Source of the DNA: Salpingoeca rosetta
Taxonomy: Eukaryota; Protista; Choanoflagellata
Reading direction: 5' to 3'
Length of the DNA: 64,000 nucleotides
Assembly (NCBI GenBank): GCA_033442325.1
Contig: JAWQFM010000009.1
Location: 1,736,351-1,800,350 of the forward strand
Shown one piece after another: positions 15,101 through 36,730 of the stretch. The translations under genes and the position numbers were made by a program. Each line of letters starts with the position of its first letter. Within the stretch, counting starts at the first letter, position 1. Below the pieces are notes generated by a model. The model was given only the letters and a program-made list of their open reading frames with translations, made no database searches and was not told where the DNA came from.

Positions 15101-16463
15101 TGTGAAAGTGGTGGTGATGGTGAGCGAGCGACAATCACGAGGGTGATGCTCGTTTGTGAATGATGTGAAGTGGGAATGGAACGGGACACAATTATCCAGC
15201 ACGTCATTCACCACTACAGCTGCATGCACGCATGCACGCACACTTTTTACCTTCTGCATGATGTCACCGATGCTAGCCCACGTCAGCTTCTCAATCATGT
15301 CGCCGCCTTCAACCATGCCTTGGTAACCCTGATGACAACAGCAAAAAACAACAACAACAGCGACAAGATGTCATCCACAAGACATGAGCACGCACGAAAA
15401 TGCAATCACCACACGATACAACAAGCTTCACGTTGAACGGCGGTTGCCATCCGTTGACCACAATCCCAAAGCAGACGCACGTGCATCAAGGTAGATGGTG
15501 CATGCCAAGCGCGTGCACGTACGTACGCAGTGGATGGCGTAGACGTTGACGCCGTATTGCAGGCAGACGCCAGCAGCAGCGCGCACAGCCGCGTTCATGC
15601 CCTGGGCATCGCCACCGCTTGTGAAGATGGCCACATTCTTTGGGTTCTCGCTCGCAGGCGTACTTGGCCACGGGTTTGGCGACGTTTCGTGCGTCACCAC
15701 AGGCTCCTGCATCACGTGTGAAATGAGAGAGAGAGAGAGAGCGATTGTGTGCACGCGTGTGTACGAGTGTGTGTGTGTATGTGTATGAGTGTGTGTGTGT
15801 GTGTATGAGTGTGAGTGTGAGTGTGTATGAATGTGAGTGTGTGTTGTGTGAGTGTGTGTTGTGTGAGTGTGTGTTGTGTGAGTGTGTGTGAGTGAATATG
15901 AGACAGTGTGCTTGAGTGTGAGAGAGTGTGCGGGTGTGTGAGTGTGTATGTACATCAATGAAATGGGCCATAACCGCTGGGAACTCAATGCAATGCACGG
16001 AGCACAAGTTCTCCTCCCGCCAGGGTTGATGGAACACACAGTCAAGCAGTCAAGCTGACCTCCTCATCCCTGTAGTCGATGGGAACTTCGGGCGTTTCGC
16101 CAGCGAGCTTGTTGCGGAAGGAAGGCTTGATAACGAGCATCGAAGGCGTTGGACAAGATCAGCACGATAGAACATGGGTGAGATTAGGGCTGTTGTCGAC
16201 GGAAAGGCGCGCTGGGATGGGCTGATGATATCAAAGAACCCAAGGCCCACCGGCATAACAAGCAACACACGACGACGACAAGGGGTTTACAACACGACCG
16301 TCAGCCCCGAGTGAATGCGCCAGCATCGGCAGCAGGGCAATCACCACCACACCACCACACCACCACACGACACCACCACACGCGCATGACCAAAAAACTT
16401 GCTGTGCCTTACCTGACGCCTCCGCAGGTAAGGCGGGCAGCACTTGCACTTCTTGGATGCCAT
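8347..16463 (-). CDS. PFK: ATP-dependent 6-phosphofructokinase, eukaryotic two-half type, many exons
   Basis: Motifs: [123 protein letters not shown]. Inferred last exon 8373-8347 (GEACVGEL*). Candidate first exons 16463-16413 or 16140-16060 splice to 15706; an ATG at 15712 is also possible. Confidence 0.95.
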
Positions 16464-16837
16464 TGTCGCAGCTTGGCTCTGAGAACAAAATCAACACGGA
16501 ACAAGTCGAAGACACGGATAGAGAAAGGGAGACGGGGAGAGCAGCAGAACCGATCGGAGATGATGGGTAGACGAGGGAGGGAAAATGAGAACACAAATTC
16601 GCTCGCTCGTTGCGACAGCTGTGTGATGTGTGACAATATGATGAATGTGAAGTTGCTTGCTTGATTTGACACCCAACGCACAACCACAACGCCAGCCCAA
16701 CCAACCAACGCCAGCCAACCAAACCACAGCCCATCACCATCACCATCACCATCAGCACCCAGTGCACATCAAGCAAGCAAGCAACCAACCGCGACGGTTT
16801 CTGTGCTGAATGACGCAAGCTGCGCGTATCTACACGA

Positions 16838-16877
16838 GACTGAATTCAGTGGTTATTTGTGGTGTGACTGAATTCAG
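16838..16877. promoter_or_regulatory. Two copies of GACTGAATTCAG (palindromic core CTGAATTCAG), 28 bp apart, in the PFK/hexosaminidase divergent intergenic region
   Basis: Exact 12-mer at 16838-16849 and 16866-16877. Regulatory role is inferred from position. Confidence 0.45.
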
Positions 16878-16960
16878 ACGCGAATATCAAACGCAGACCA
16901 CAAGACCAGCATCACAAGCACAGACACAGCACTCCCACACGCTCAGACAGAGCACTGGCG

Positions 16961-22992
<6,032 letters not shown>

Positions 22993-23052
22993 AAAGCGAG
23001 ATTATGAATCGACAGGCTGGTGGGGACCTCGCATACCGTAGGTCTCACTCCT

Positions 23053-23391
23053 TCACTCGTGTCGATGGTCATGGTAGCGACACTCGCAGACAGCAATGGA
23101 CTCGCAGCAAAACACACAAAACCCCCACTCCTGAACGTCCGCAGCAACCTGCACAAACCTGGCCTTGCTCACGCCGCGGAAGCGATAAACATGGAGCGTC
23201 TCAATCAGGCGCATGCAGATGAGCGATTCATGCGTGTCGCTTGGAAGATGCCTCACAAGCTCGAGTAGTCGTCGGAGGGCGTTGATGAGCACAAGCCGGA
23301 GCTCCTGCTCTGTCTTGCCGAACACCTCCGGGCAAAATGGGACTGTGCACCAGCCTCGGACAGGACAATCGGGGTGCTGTCTTGGCGACAT
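23053..23391 (-). CDS. Small Cys-rich orphan protein A (112 aa), putative Zn-binding, intronless CDS
   Basis: Non-repetitive ORF with GCCATG context. Motifs CPVRGWCTVPFCPE and GFCVFC-x6-CxCRY are shared with the ORF at 26344. Confidence 0.75.
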   Translation of the reverse strand: MSPRQHPDCPVRGWCTVPFCPEVFGKTEQELRLVLINALRRLLELVRHLPSDTHESLICMRLIETLHVYRFRGVSKARFVQVAADVQEWGFCVFCCESIAVCECRYHDHRHE

Positions 23392-23872
23392 GGCTGCTTT
23401 GTTCTTGAGTGGTCTTGATGTCGCGGTACTCTCTCAGAGTGCGGGGCCTGGGGATGCTTGAGGAGCCGTGCTAGATGCGAGGGAAAATGGAGTCGCTGGT
23501 GAGTGTACTTGGATGGAGAGCAAACGAAGCGTTGGGTGTGCGAGTTGCGTGCTTCGACAATGGAGCAACCAAAGCAACAAATGCGGCGTCAGAACATGTC
23601 GAGGAGAGAACAAGAGCAAGGCATTCAAAGGTGGCATTGGGGTGGAGAACACTCGCCCACCTTGGTGCGTCTTGCTGTGTTGTACTCTTGTGAATTCTTC
23701 TGTTCTTGTGCTCTTGGCGTGCTGAGGAGAAAATGCCATGCCGCTGCACTGGTGTGACACATGCGAGTGCTTGAGGGTACTGCGACCACTGTTTTGCACG
23801 TGTTACAGCGCGTGGACAGCACATGTGAGGCATGCGCAGCCACGTGTCCTCCTTCTGACGAAATTTGAATTC

Positions 23873-23883
23873 ATGACGTCATG
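23873..23883. promoter_or_regulatory. CRE/ATF-type palindrome ATGACGTCAT(G) upstream of orphan A
   Basis: Sequence tgaattcATGACGTCATG. TGACGTCA is the canonical CREB/ATF bZIP site; function here is inferred. Confidence 0.5.
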
Positions 23884-24606
23884 TCACGGCGTTGTGACAC
23901 ACCAAGACTTTTTTCGCGTGTGTTTGCTTGTTGCTCAGCATGCTCTGCCGTGCCCTTCGCGTCATGCGAGCCAACGACGCGAGAATTGGTCATCGGCTCC
24001 TGATGAACGCAACAAAGGCAAGGAGAGAGAACGTTGACTGCAACTCCTAGAATGTGTTGGACTGCACTTCTCTGTTCAGCATTCGTCCTTGCAGCTTTGT
24101 ACTTGAGTTGCGTCGAATGTGACCTGTGGGGCTGAGGGGTGCCGTGATTGCTGGGATAGCGTCGTTGTAACAGCTGTCGCCAACGACGGCGTTCGAGTGC
24201 CACCCTTACAACCCTCTTTCCTCCTGTCGTCACCCTCGTCCACTCCTTTGTGTACATATAGACACACGCACGGGCACGCGTATTCTGACGTACACACATG
24301 CGAAACATAGACACCGATGCTTGCTGTTTAACGTTGCTGCTATGAATGCTTGTTTGTGTATTCCAGTTGGGGACAGGTAAGTCGACTAAGCCAACAAAGC
24401 CACGAAATGAGCAGCAATCTCATAAGCGAAGGGTAGAGGCAACACACGTGCGAGCACAAACACGTGCACGGCAAACAGACAGCAACAGGGACAGGGACAA
24501 CAAAAAGGAGACAGGTATGTGGCGAGTGATGGTGAGAGGAGCGAAGGGCTACAAAGTGGGCCTCTTGAAAACAAAGGTCATGCTCAAGTCCAGACGTCCA
24601 GCAGGG

Positions 24607-25035
24607 CTACTCTTCGTCGTCATCGTCGTCATCGTCGTTGTCGTCGTCGTCGTCGTCATCGTCGTCGTCAGAAGAATCATTCTTGGGATGGAAGTCAGCT
24701 CGGTTGAAGCAGAGGCACAGCACGCAAAAATTGAAGCACATGGCTACTGCGTGCGCCGCAAAGACTAGATGCTCTGGTTTAGGCTCGGGACTCTCTTCAA
24801 GTCGTCGTGCGAGAGTAAAGGAAACCATGTTGACAATTGCGAGGCGCTCCGTGGCGCCTTTCTTGCCTCGCTTCACTTCTGCTGCAAGATCGCGTCTGAG
24901 GTTGGTCAGATACTGGGCTGCTCGAACAACCTCATGGTATCCCACAGCGTTCGGTCCAATCTCGTCATATAGCCGGTCACATATCCTCAGGTTGTACCGG
25001 TGATGCGGACAGAACACGACGCGGTTCTGGAACAT
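24607..25035 (-). CDS. Small Cys-rich orphan protein B (142 aa, acidic tail), divergent paralog
   Basis: FCPHH, AAQYLTNLRRDLAAEVKRGKKGATERL (aligns by eye with orphan C AQAHLRLRCQILASELAKRPTDKGAAKML) and NFCVLCLC. An acceptor-like cgacatag lies just upstream of the ATG. Confidence 0.65.
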   Translation of the reverse strand: MFQNRVVFCPHHRYNLRICDRLYDEIGPNAVGYHEVVRAAQYLTNLRRDLAAEVKRGKKGATERLAIVNMVSFTLARRLEESPEPKPEHLVFAAHAVAMCFNFCVLCLCFNRADFHPKNDSSDDDDDDDDDDNDDDDDDDEE

Positions 25036-25647
25036 GTCTTGATGCTCCTATGTCGCCCAAACACAGCAAGTGTCAAGCAACAAAGCCCATCCACACAAGA
25101 CGAGAGAGGACAACAGCGGGGGACAGGTTAGCTTGAGCAGACTGCGCACACGTGTCAGGACAGGGGGCGTGGGCAGCAGCAACAGCAGCAGCAGCAGGAG
25201 TGTCAACGGTGCATGACAGGCAGTTCACGGGCGGCACCAGCTCCATGGCGATGAGAGCAACTGAGCATCAGGCCAATGGATGACAGTGCAAGAGTCTAAG
25301 AGTGGTGGGGTGTGGCGAATGCATGGGCGCTTGCTCACCTCGAAGGAGAGTTGGGTGCAGAGCAGAGCAAGGAGAGCAGGGAGGAGGAGAGGAGAGCAAG
25401 CCAAGAAGCCAAAAGCAACCACTCGCAGACAAGAAGGCGACTGAGCAAGGGAGCAACACAAGAGAAAATGACCAGCGAACCACCAACAGCAGACGCAAGG
25501 AGCATGAACAGCACGTGGTCGTTCGCACGAGGGACTGATGAGGGAGGGTAATGCACGTGCACCGCGAACAGAGGACTAGGCACAGCGACACGTCTACACG
25601 TGGACAGTCGACATGCACGCACGCGAAAACACGCGTCAGTCCTGTCG

Positions 25648-25658
25648 ATGACGTCATG
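25648..25658. promoter_or_regulatory. CRE/ATF-type palindrome ATGACGTCAT(G) in the divergent region between orphans B and C
   Basis: Same 11-mer as at 23873. Confidence 0.5.
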
Positions 25659-26343
25659 CCATGCGCTTTGGGCCTTAGAAGTGCATTGTAATGTACGTAA
25701 TTTTTTGCCCACTACTCTGAGCGGTTTTCTGTGGACAACAACACAGACAGGCGACGCACTTGCCACGCGCTCACGATCATGCGTGTGCTGCACATGTGCT
25801 GCCACGCGATCATGTGATACCTGGCCATGCGCACACGCGAGCACGCGTCACGTGCCAGTGTGACAGCTGGCGTGCAGCTTTGCGACTTGAGTCGACCATC
25901 GCCTGTGCCCTTGGCATGGACTTCATTTTCACCGCGCTCTTCGCTCCAGCACAGCACAGGTGAGCTCTGCTGGACTGTGTGATATGGTCCTCGCTTGCTG
26001 TCAAAGGCTCGGGTGTGCTGTTTGTCTTCAGTTGCACCCATCACCTTGCCTCCTCAAGCACCCTGTTGCTGCATTGCTCGCATTGTGTGCGTGCGTATGT
26101 GTGCATGTATGTGCGTGCGTGCGTGTGCGTGCGTGTGTATCTGGTTGTGTGTACGCCCATGTCTATGTCTGTTCCTCTTACTCCCCCGTCTCTGCGTGTG
26201 TCCTGTGATCACCCTCATTGCTATCTCCACCTTCCATCAGTGTTCGGCATTCTTCATCGCCAGTTAGATGAGCTCAGCCCACCACGAAACAACCGACTCG
26301 CTTGACTTCCTGGCTCCTCAGCGCGCATCTCTCCCATCGCACC

Positions 26344-26694
26344 ATGTCGCGCCCTTATCCGTGCCCCCGGCTTGGCCCTGGCAAATGCTGTATCACCTTG
26401 TTCTGCCCCGAGTTCTGCAAGATGACAGACAGGGAGCTGCTCCAGTGCTTACCAAAGGCACAAGCACACCTGCGATTACGCTGTCAAATACTCGCTTCCG
26501 AACTGGCGAAACGACCAACTGATAAGGGCGCTGCAAAGATGCTGTCGGTCTATCGTCGACTGCAACAACTCTCGATGGATGCCAATGGCCTGAAACTGCT
26601 GTTGCTCGAAGGATTCTGTGTGTTTTGCTTAAGGTTGTTTCAAGACTGCAGTTGCCGCTACGCTTCAAACCCGCGTGTGCCACTGCCATCATGA
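26344..26694 (+). CDS. Small Cys-rich orphan protein C (116 aa), putative Zn-binding, intronless CDS
   Basis: CACCATG start. CPRLGPGKCCITLFCPE...TDREL...LSVYR...GFCVFC-x6-CSCRY is colinear with orphan A. Confidence 0.75.
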   Translation: MSRPYPCPRLGPGKCCITLFCPEFCKMTDRELLQCLPKAQAHLRLRCQILASELAKRPTDKGAAKMLSVYRRLQQLSMDANGLKLLLLEGFCVFCLRLFQDCSCRYASNPRVPLPS

Positions 26695-27389
26695 CGTTTG
26701 GCGACAAGCGACCCTTGCATCAACTTTGGGAGACTGCTGTGCCTTTCCTGGCAAGGGTGCCTCTTACTTGCGGTGTCCACCCTATCCAGTACCGTACCTT
26801 GGGGCTGTTCCCTTTTGTTGATGCCCCTCCCTCATGTCTACCTGCTCAACACACGTGCATGCTTGCGTGTCTGGTGTCTCTGCGCATCAAGTCCGTTTAC
26901 ATGGATTGGCACGAGCACCCGCTCACATCACATTGCACATTGAATATCAAGTGAACCAAGTAAACGAAGTGCTTTCGTATCCCAAGTCAAACGGCCCACA
27001 CCATACAAAGCCGTGCCGGAGGAACAGGGGGTGGGCGAGACGACAAATTCACAGCAACACAACAACATGCGTGGGTGGACGGACACGTCGTTGCGCGACA
27101 GTGAAAGGGGGAAATCAACGGTCTGGCACAGACCAAGGCATGGCCTCACGAAGATTATTATTTCACAGCACAGTGCACGACGGTCAGGATATCAGGGCAT
27201 CATCCAAGGATCCAATACGCGCACGCGCACGCGCACGGGGTGCATCCATACATGTGCACGACACAACACACACACAGACACAGACACAGACACAGACACA
27301 CACACACACACACACAGACACAGACACACAGACGCACAGACACACACACATGCCCAACACACACAAACACACACAGACACACACACACA

Positions 27390-27432
<43 letters not shown>

Positions 27433-27445
27433 CCGCGCGTCTGTT

Positions 27446-29160
27446 TCATTCGGGAAGAAACGTGTTCATGCAAAAGCCGGCGATGAGGCCGCCAAAGAAG
27501 AAGGCTGCGCACGCGCGCGCAAGGGCGGAGCTGCCGGCCTTGGCCTCCTGGTACGAGTCGGAGTAGAGCTGCGTCGTGGCGAGGTACGTGATCTGGCCCA
27601 CGGTGAAGGCAACAATGCCAGAGAAGATAGCCGACGAGCGGGAGATGGCAAGGATGACGGCGCGCCCAAGCCACGCACCAAGGAGCATGGTGAAGGGGAT
27701 GGCAACCAGGCACGGGACAGCCACCCGCCGCTGCACGCCGTGCTTGTACAAGATGCTGGAGAGCGCTGCGCCCGTGATGCACATCTCCATGGCCAGCGAG
27801 CCGCTCACCACCAGACCCTGCGTCAGGGTGAGGGATGAGGTCACGCCGATGACCAGCCCGTCGCTCATTCCGTCCAGCGCGATGAGCACCGCGGCACCCA
27901 GCGGGAAGTCGCCCGCCCCCGGGTGCGGCAGGCGCCGTCGCCGCGACACGGGCAGCGGGGCCGGCGGAGCAGAGGTGGTGCGGCGCAGGCGCAGCGGCCG
28001 CCGCCCGTCCCACACGCCGGCGTCAATGCTCTCCGCAAGCGAGTGCTCGCCAGCCAGATACTCGATGGGCGGGTTGTTGATGGTTGCGGCGCTGTACACG
28101 CTGCTTGCATCTGTCAACAGCGGCTGCTGCTCTGCATCGTCGGCATTGTCGCTGCCCACACGCCTGCGCCGCCTGCGACCGCCGCGCACACAGCGCGGGT
28201 GGTGGTGACGGCGCTGACCCGACGGCGACGCTGTGGACCACGCACGGCTGTGATCCGTTGTGTGAGAAGGCAGCTGTGGCTGTGACGCTGGTTGTGATGT
28301 TGGGTGCGATGTTGGTTGTGTTCCTTGAGATGATGCTGGCGGTGGTCGTGGTGGTGACGAGGACGCTAACAGAGGTGCCGATGATGGTGGCGTGTTGTCA
28401 TTGTCTGCACGCGCATGCGGCGGGGTCAAAGGTGTTCCCGGGGTCGAAGGCGAAGGCGATGATGCTGATGGGGATGATGTTGACAGCGACGGCGGCGCCA
28501 CCATGAGCATCGAGGGCGTGTGCTGGCCCATGTCTGCAAACGGAAACCGAGAGTATGGCATGCCACCTGGCGCATTGACGCTGGGTGACTCAGCAGGTGG
28601 CTGATGTTGCGGGTGCGTCAGGTTGTTGGTGTTGTTGAGCTGTGCGTCGTAGTCGTGTGCCTTGGCGTGTGCTGCATCACGTTCGCCCATGGCGGCGCTT
28701 GTGGTTGCTGTAGTGTGAGGTTTGCCGTTGGGCGCTGCATGGCTGGCACTGCTGGTCTTGCTGGGTTCTGCAGGACGGGGCTGCTGCTGCTTCTCCAGGA
28801 GGTTCTGCAGCTGCCTCTCCCTCCGCTCGCGCTGCTGGCGCCGGCGCTCGTCCTGCGCCCTCTCATGCGCCTGCGCGATGCGGTCCTCGGCGACGTCGAG
28901 GATGATCACCATACCGCCGGCCACGGCCAGGCCACGACGACGGCGACGGCGTGCGGCGTGTCCAGGCTCTTGGTTGCCAGCGGGACCAGCTCGAAGAAGA
29001 GCGAGGCCACCAGCAAGCCTGCGGCCAAGGAGCCGAAGCAGCAGCGCACGCGGCGCCCAGGCGCGTAGAAGTAGGCGGTGAGGGAGCCGACAATCATGCA
29101 GCCGATGGGCAGGCACACGACCCCACACAGCACAGCCAGATCATGGCTGAAGAACTTCAT
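27446..29160 (-). CDS. ZIP/ZupT-family divalent metal transporter-like protein, intronless, with one 1-bp frameshift near 28932 (assembly error or pseudogene)
   Basis: TM1-3 lie in ORF 29160-28906 (SLAAGLLVASLFFELVP) and continue in another frame (GLAVAGGMVII). A long low-complexity loop follows, then TM4/5 LDGMSDGLVIG...LAMEMCITG and three more TMs, giving the 3+5 ZIP topology. Confidence 0.8.
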
Positions 29161-29689
29161 GCTGCGTATATGTGTGTGTATGTGTGTGTGTGTGCGTGTG
29201 TGTGCGTGTGTGCGTGTGTGTGTGTGTGAGCGAGCGTGGACAGGGGATTGGGAAAAGGATGGGTTGCTGGCTGGAAGCAGCTGAGCTGCAGTGCAACAAC
29301 ACGCTGCACTGCTAATGTGTGTGCTTGTGTGCTTGTGTGGGCGTTAGGCGAGTCAAACACGAGAGGGGGCGACTTCTGGGAGTGGGTGGCGCCGGGTTTG
29401 GTCAATGGTGCTGTCACATCCCATCACAGCAGCATCACAGACAGCATCACACGCAGCAGTTATTGTGCTCGAAGGAAGAGGCTGTGCTGGAAGTTGTGCA
29501 TGGTTGCTTGCTGGGTGGATTGTGACGGTTGTCGTAGTTGGTTTATTGGGGAAAACTCGCTGAAATCTTACACTGCTCCCAGCGCTCAAAAGATGGGGAA
29601 GGCAATTGCGGCAAAACAAAGGGCAGCGGTGCGTATGGGTGAATGTGTGTGAGAGCACGCGCCTCATAGACAGAAAGAAAAGTGAATCA

Positions 29690-30400
29690 ATAGATAGATA
29701 GATAGAAACCAAGTGCCTCGGTGCGAGGCTCATGTGTAGTGCTGCGACTGTCGCTTAGACAGTTGCAGGGGGCTCTGTTGCGGCCGGGCCACCGGGGCTT
29801 CGTGAGGTCACTGGGGCGCTGCGTGGCTGTCCCTCATCGTTGTCGGTGGTGGCGGTGGCAGCGGCGGTGGCAGCAGTGCCGTTGTTGCTGTCATTGCTGC
29901 GCTGGCCGCTGTGGCCGGGGGGTGTGGTCTGCGGATGCTTGCGCTTGCGGGTGCGTTTGCCCTGTTGGTGGTTGCGCTGGGCTTGAGCGCGCGCCCGCTG
30001 CACCGTCTGGGTGCTCTGGCGGGGAGTGTGTGTGTCTCCCGCCCGGACCGAGCCCGGCTGGTTTTTGCCCCGCTTGTCGTGAGGCATCTGGCCGATGCAC
30101 CGGAGGTTCGCGTAGCACTCAGCCTTGCATCTCGCGATGGACAACACTTGCCGCCAGTACGTGCTGCTGTGCATGGAGGTAAAAGTGCGCACGTGTGGTG
30201 GTGTTTGTGGGTCCGTCGTGGACATAAGGTCGCTGCTGAAGAACTTCCGGAACTTCGAGCCCCAGGCGCCCGAGCCGGCCTCGATCGCAATCGGCACAAA
30301 TTTGAAGTCGCCCTGGTCGCGTAGGATGGCCTGGTACTTCTTGATCTTGCGTTGTTCCGCCTGCGACGCCGCGTTTTTCCTAAGTTGTCGTAGTTGATGT
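29690..30400 (-). mobile_element. 5'-truncated non-LTR retrotransposon with a restriction-like endonuclease (CRE/R2-group-like): ORF C-terminus, short 3'UTR and (CTAT)4 tail
   Basis: AASQAEQRKIKKY...FKFVPIAIEAGSGAWG...YWRQVLSIA matches the end of the RLE domain (AE-x2-K-x2-KY...F-x-P-x3-E-x2/3-G-x-WG). Stop at 29755; (ATAG)4 on + at 29690-29705. The 5' boundary is approximate and no clear TSD was seen. Confidence 0.8.
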
Positions 30401-30461
30401 GATTGCAGAAGCAACACAACAAAACGACAAAGGCTGAGCATGAAAAAGGAAAACAAAAAAG

Positions 30462-30533
30462 TGGACCCACCGGGGATTGAACCCGGGACATCGTGCATGC
30501 AAAGCACGCGCTCTACCACTGAGCTATGGGCCC
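30462..30533 (-). tRNA. tRNA-Ala(TGC)
   Basis: GGGCCCATAGCTCAGTGGTAGAGCGCGTGCTTTGCATGCACGATGTCCCGGGTTCAATCCCCGGTGGGTCCA, 72 nt, with G3:U70, A/B boxes and a following T6 terminator. Confidence 0.97.
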
Positions 30534-30597
30534 CAACACTCGGTTGCAATAGGGGTGAAAATTGTGCTGTTCAAGCACAACCAACACGACACAGAGG

Positions 30598-34459
<3,862 letters not shown>

Positions 34460-34604
34460 ACAGCCCACGTCAAGCGTCTCAAATCAAACAACCACTTCCG
34501 CATACATCCGATAATTCGCTATCTCTTTCATGCAAATTTCCATTTCATCGGTAAATACATTTATGTAGATTATTTTTCTCACAGACATCACAACCAATGA
34601 GTTG

Positions 34605-34676
34605 GGGCCCATAGCTCAGTGGTAGAGCGCGTGCTTCGCATGCACGATGTCCCGGGTTCAATCCCCGGTGGGTCCA
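34605..34676 (+). tRNA. tRNA-Ala(CGC)
   Basis: Identical to the tRNA at 30462-30533 except at the first anticodon base. T5 runs follow. Confidence 0.97.
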
Positions 34677-34846
34677 CTTTTTGCCTTTTTGCCTCCTGGC
34701 TGGAGTTGTGTGTGTCTCCTCGCCTGTATCCTCTCGCCTTTGCTTCAACACTGCCTCTCGTTTTTGTTTCGTCCCTGCAAAGATGTATTGATTGGATTGC
34801 GATTGTTCGCGTTGAACAAGACAAACAGGCAGAAGCACTGTGTGGT

Positions 34847-36730
<1,884 letters not shown>

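Noticed and set aside
22993-27150. Orphan-gene island as a transposon or provirus
   Set aside because: No terminal repeats, TSD, transposase, integrase or capsid motifs were seen. A foreign origin remains untested.
29755-30549. 264-aa ORF treated as one protein
   Set aside because: Its N-terminal part reads through the tRNA gene and terminator. Only the RLE-like part looks like genuine coding sequence.
29690-30560. tRNA plus LINE tail as an already mobilised SINE copy
   Set aside because: The tRNA is intact with its own terminator and native-like flank resembling the second tRNA. Only a 6-bp CTATTG match could serve as a TSD, so this is kept only as a hypothesis.
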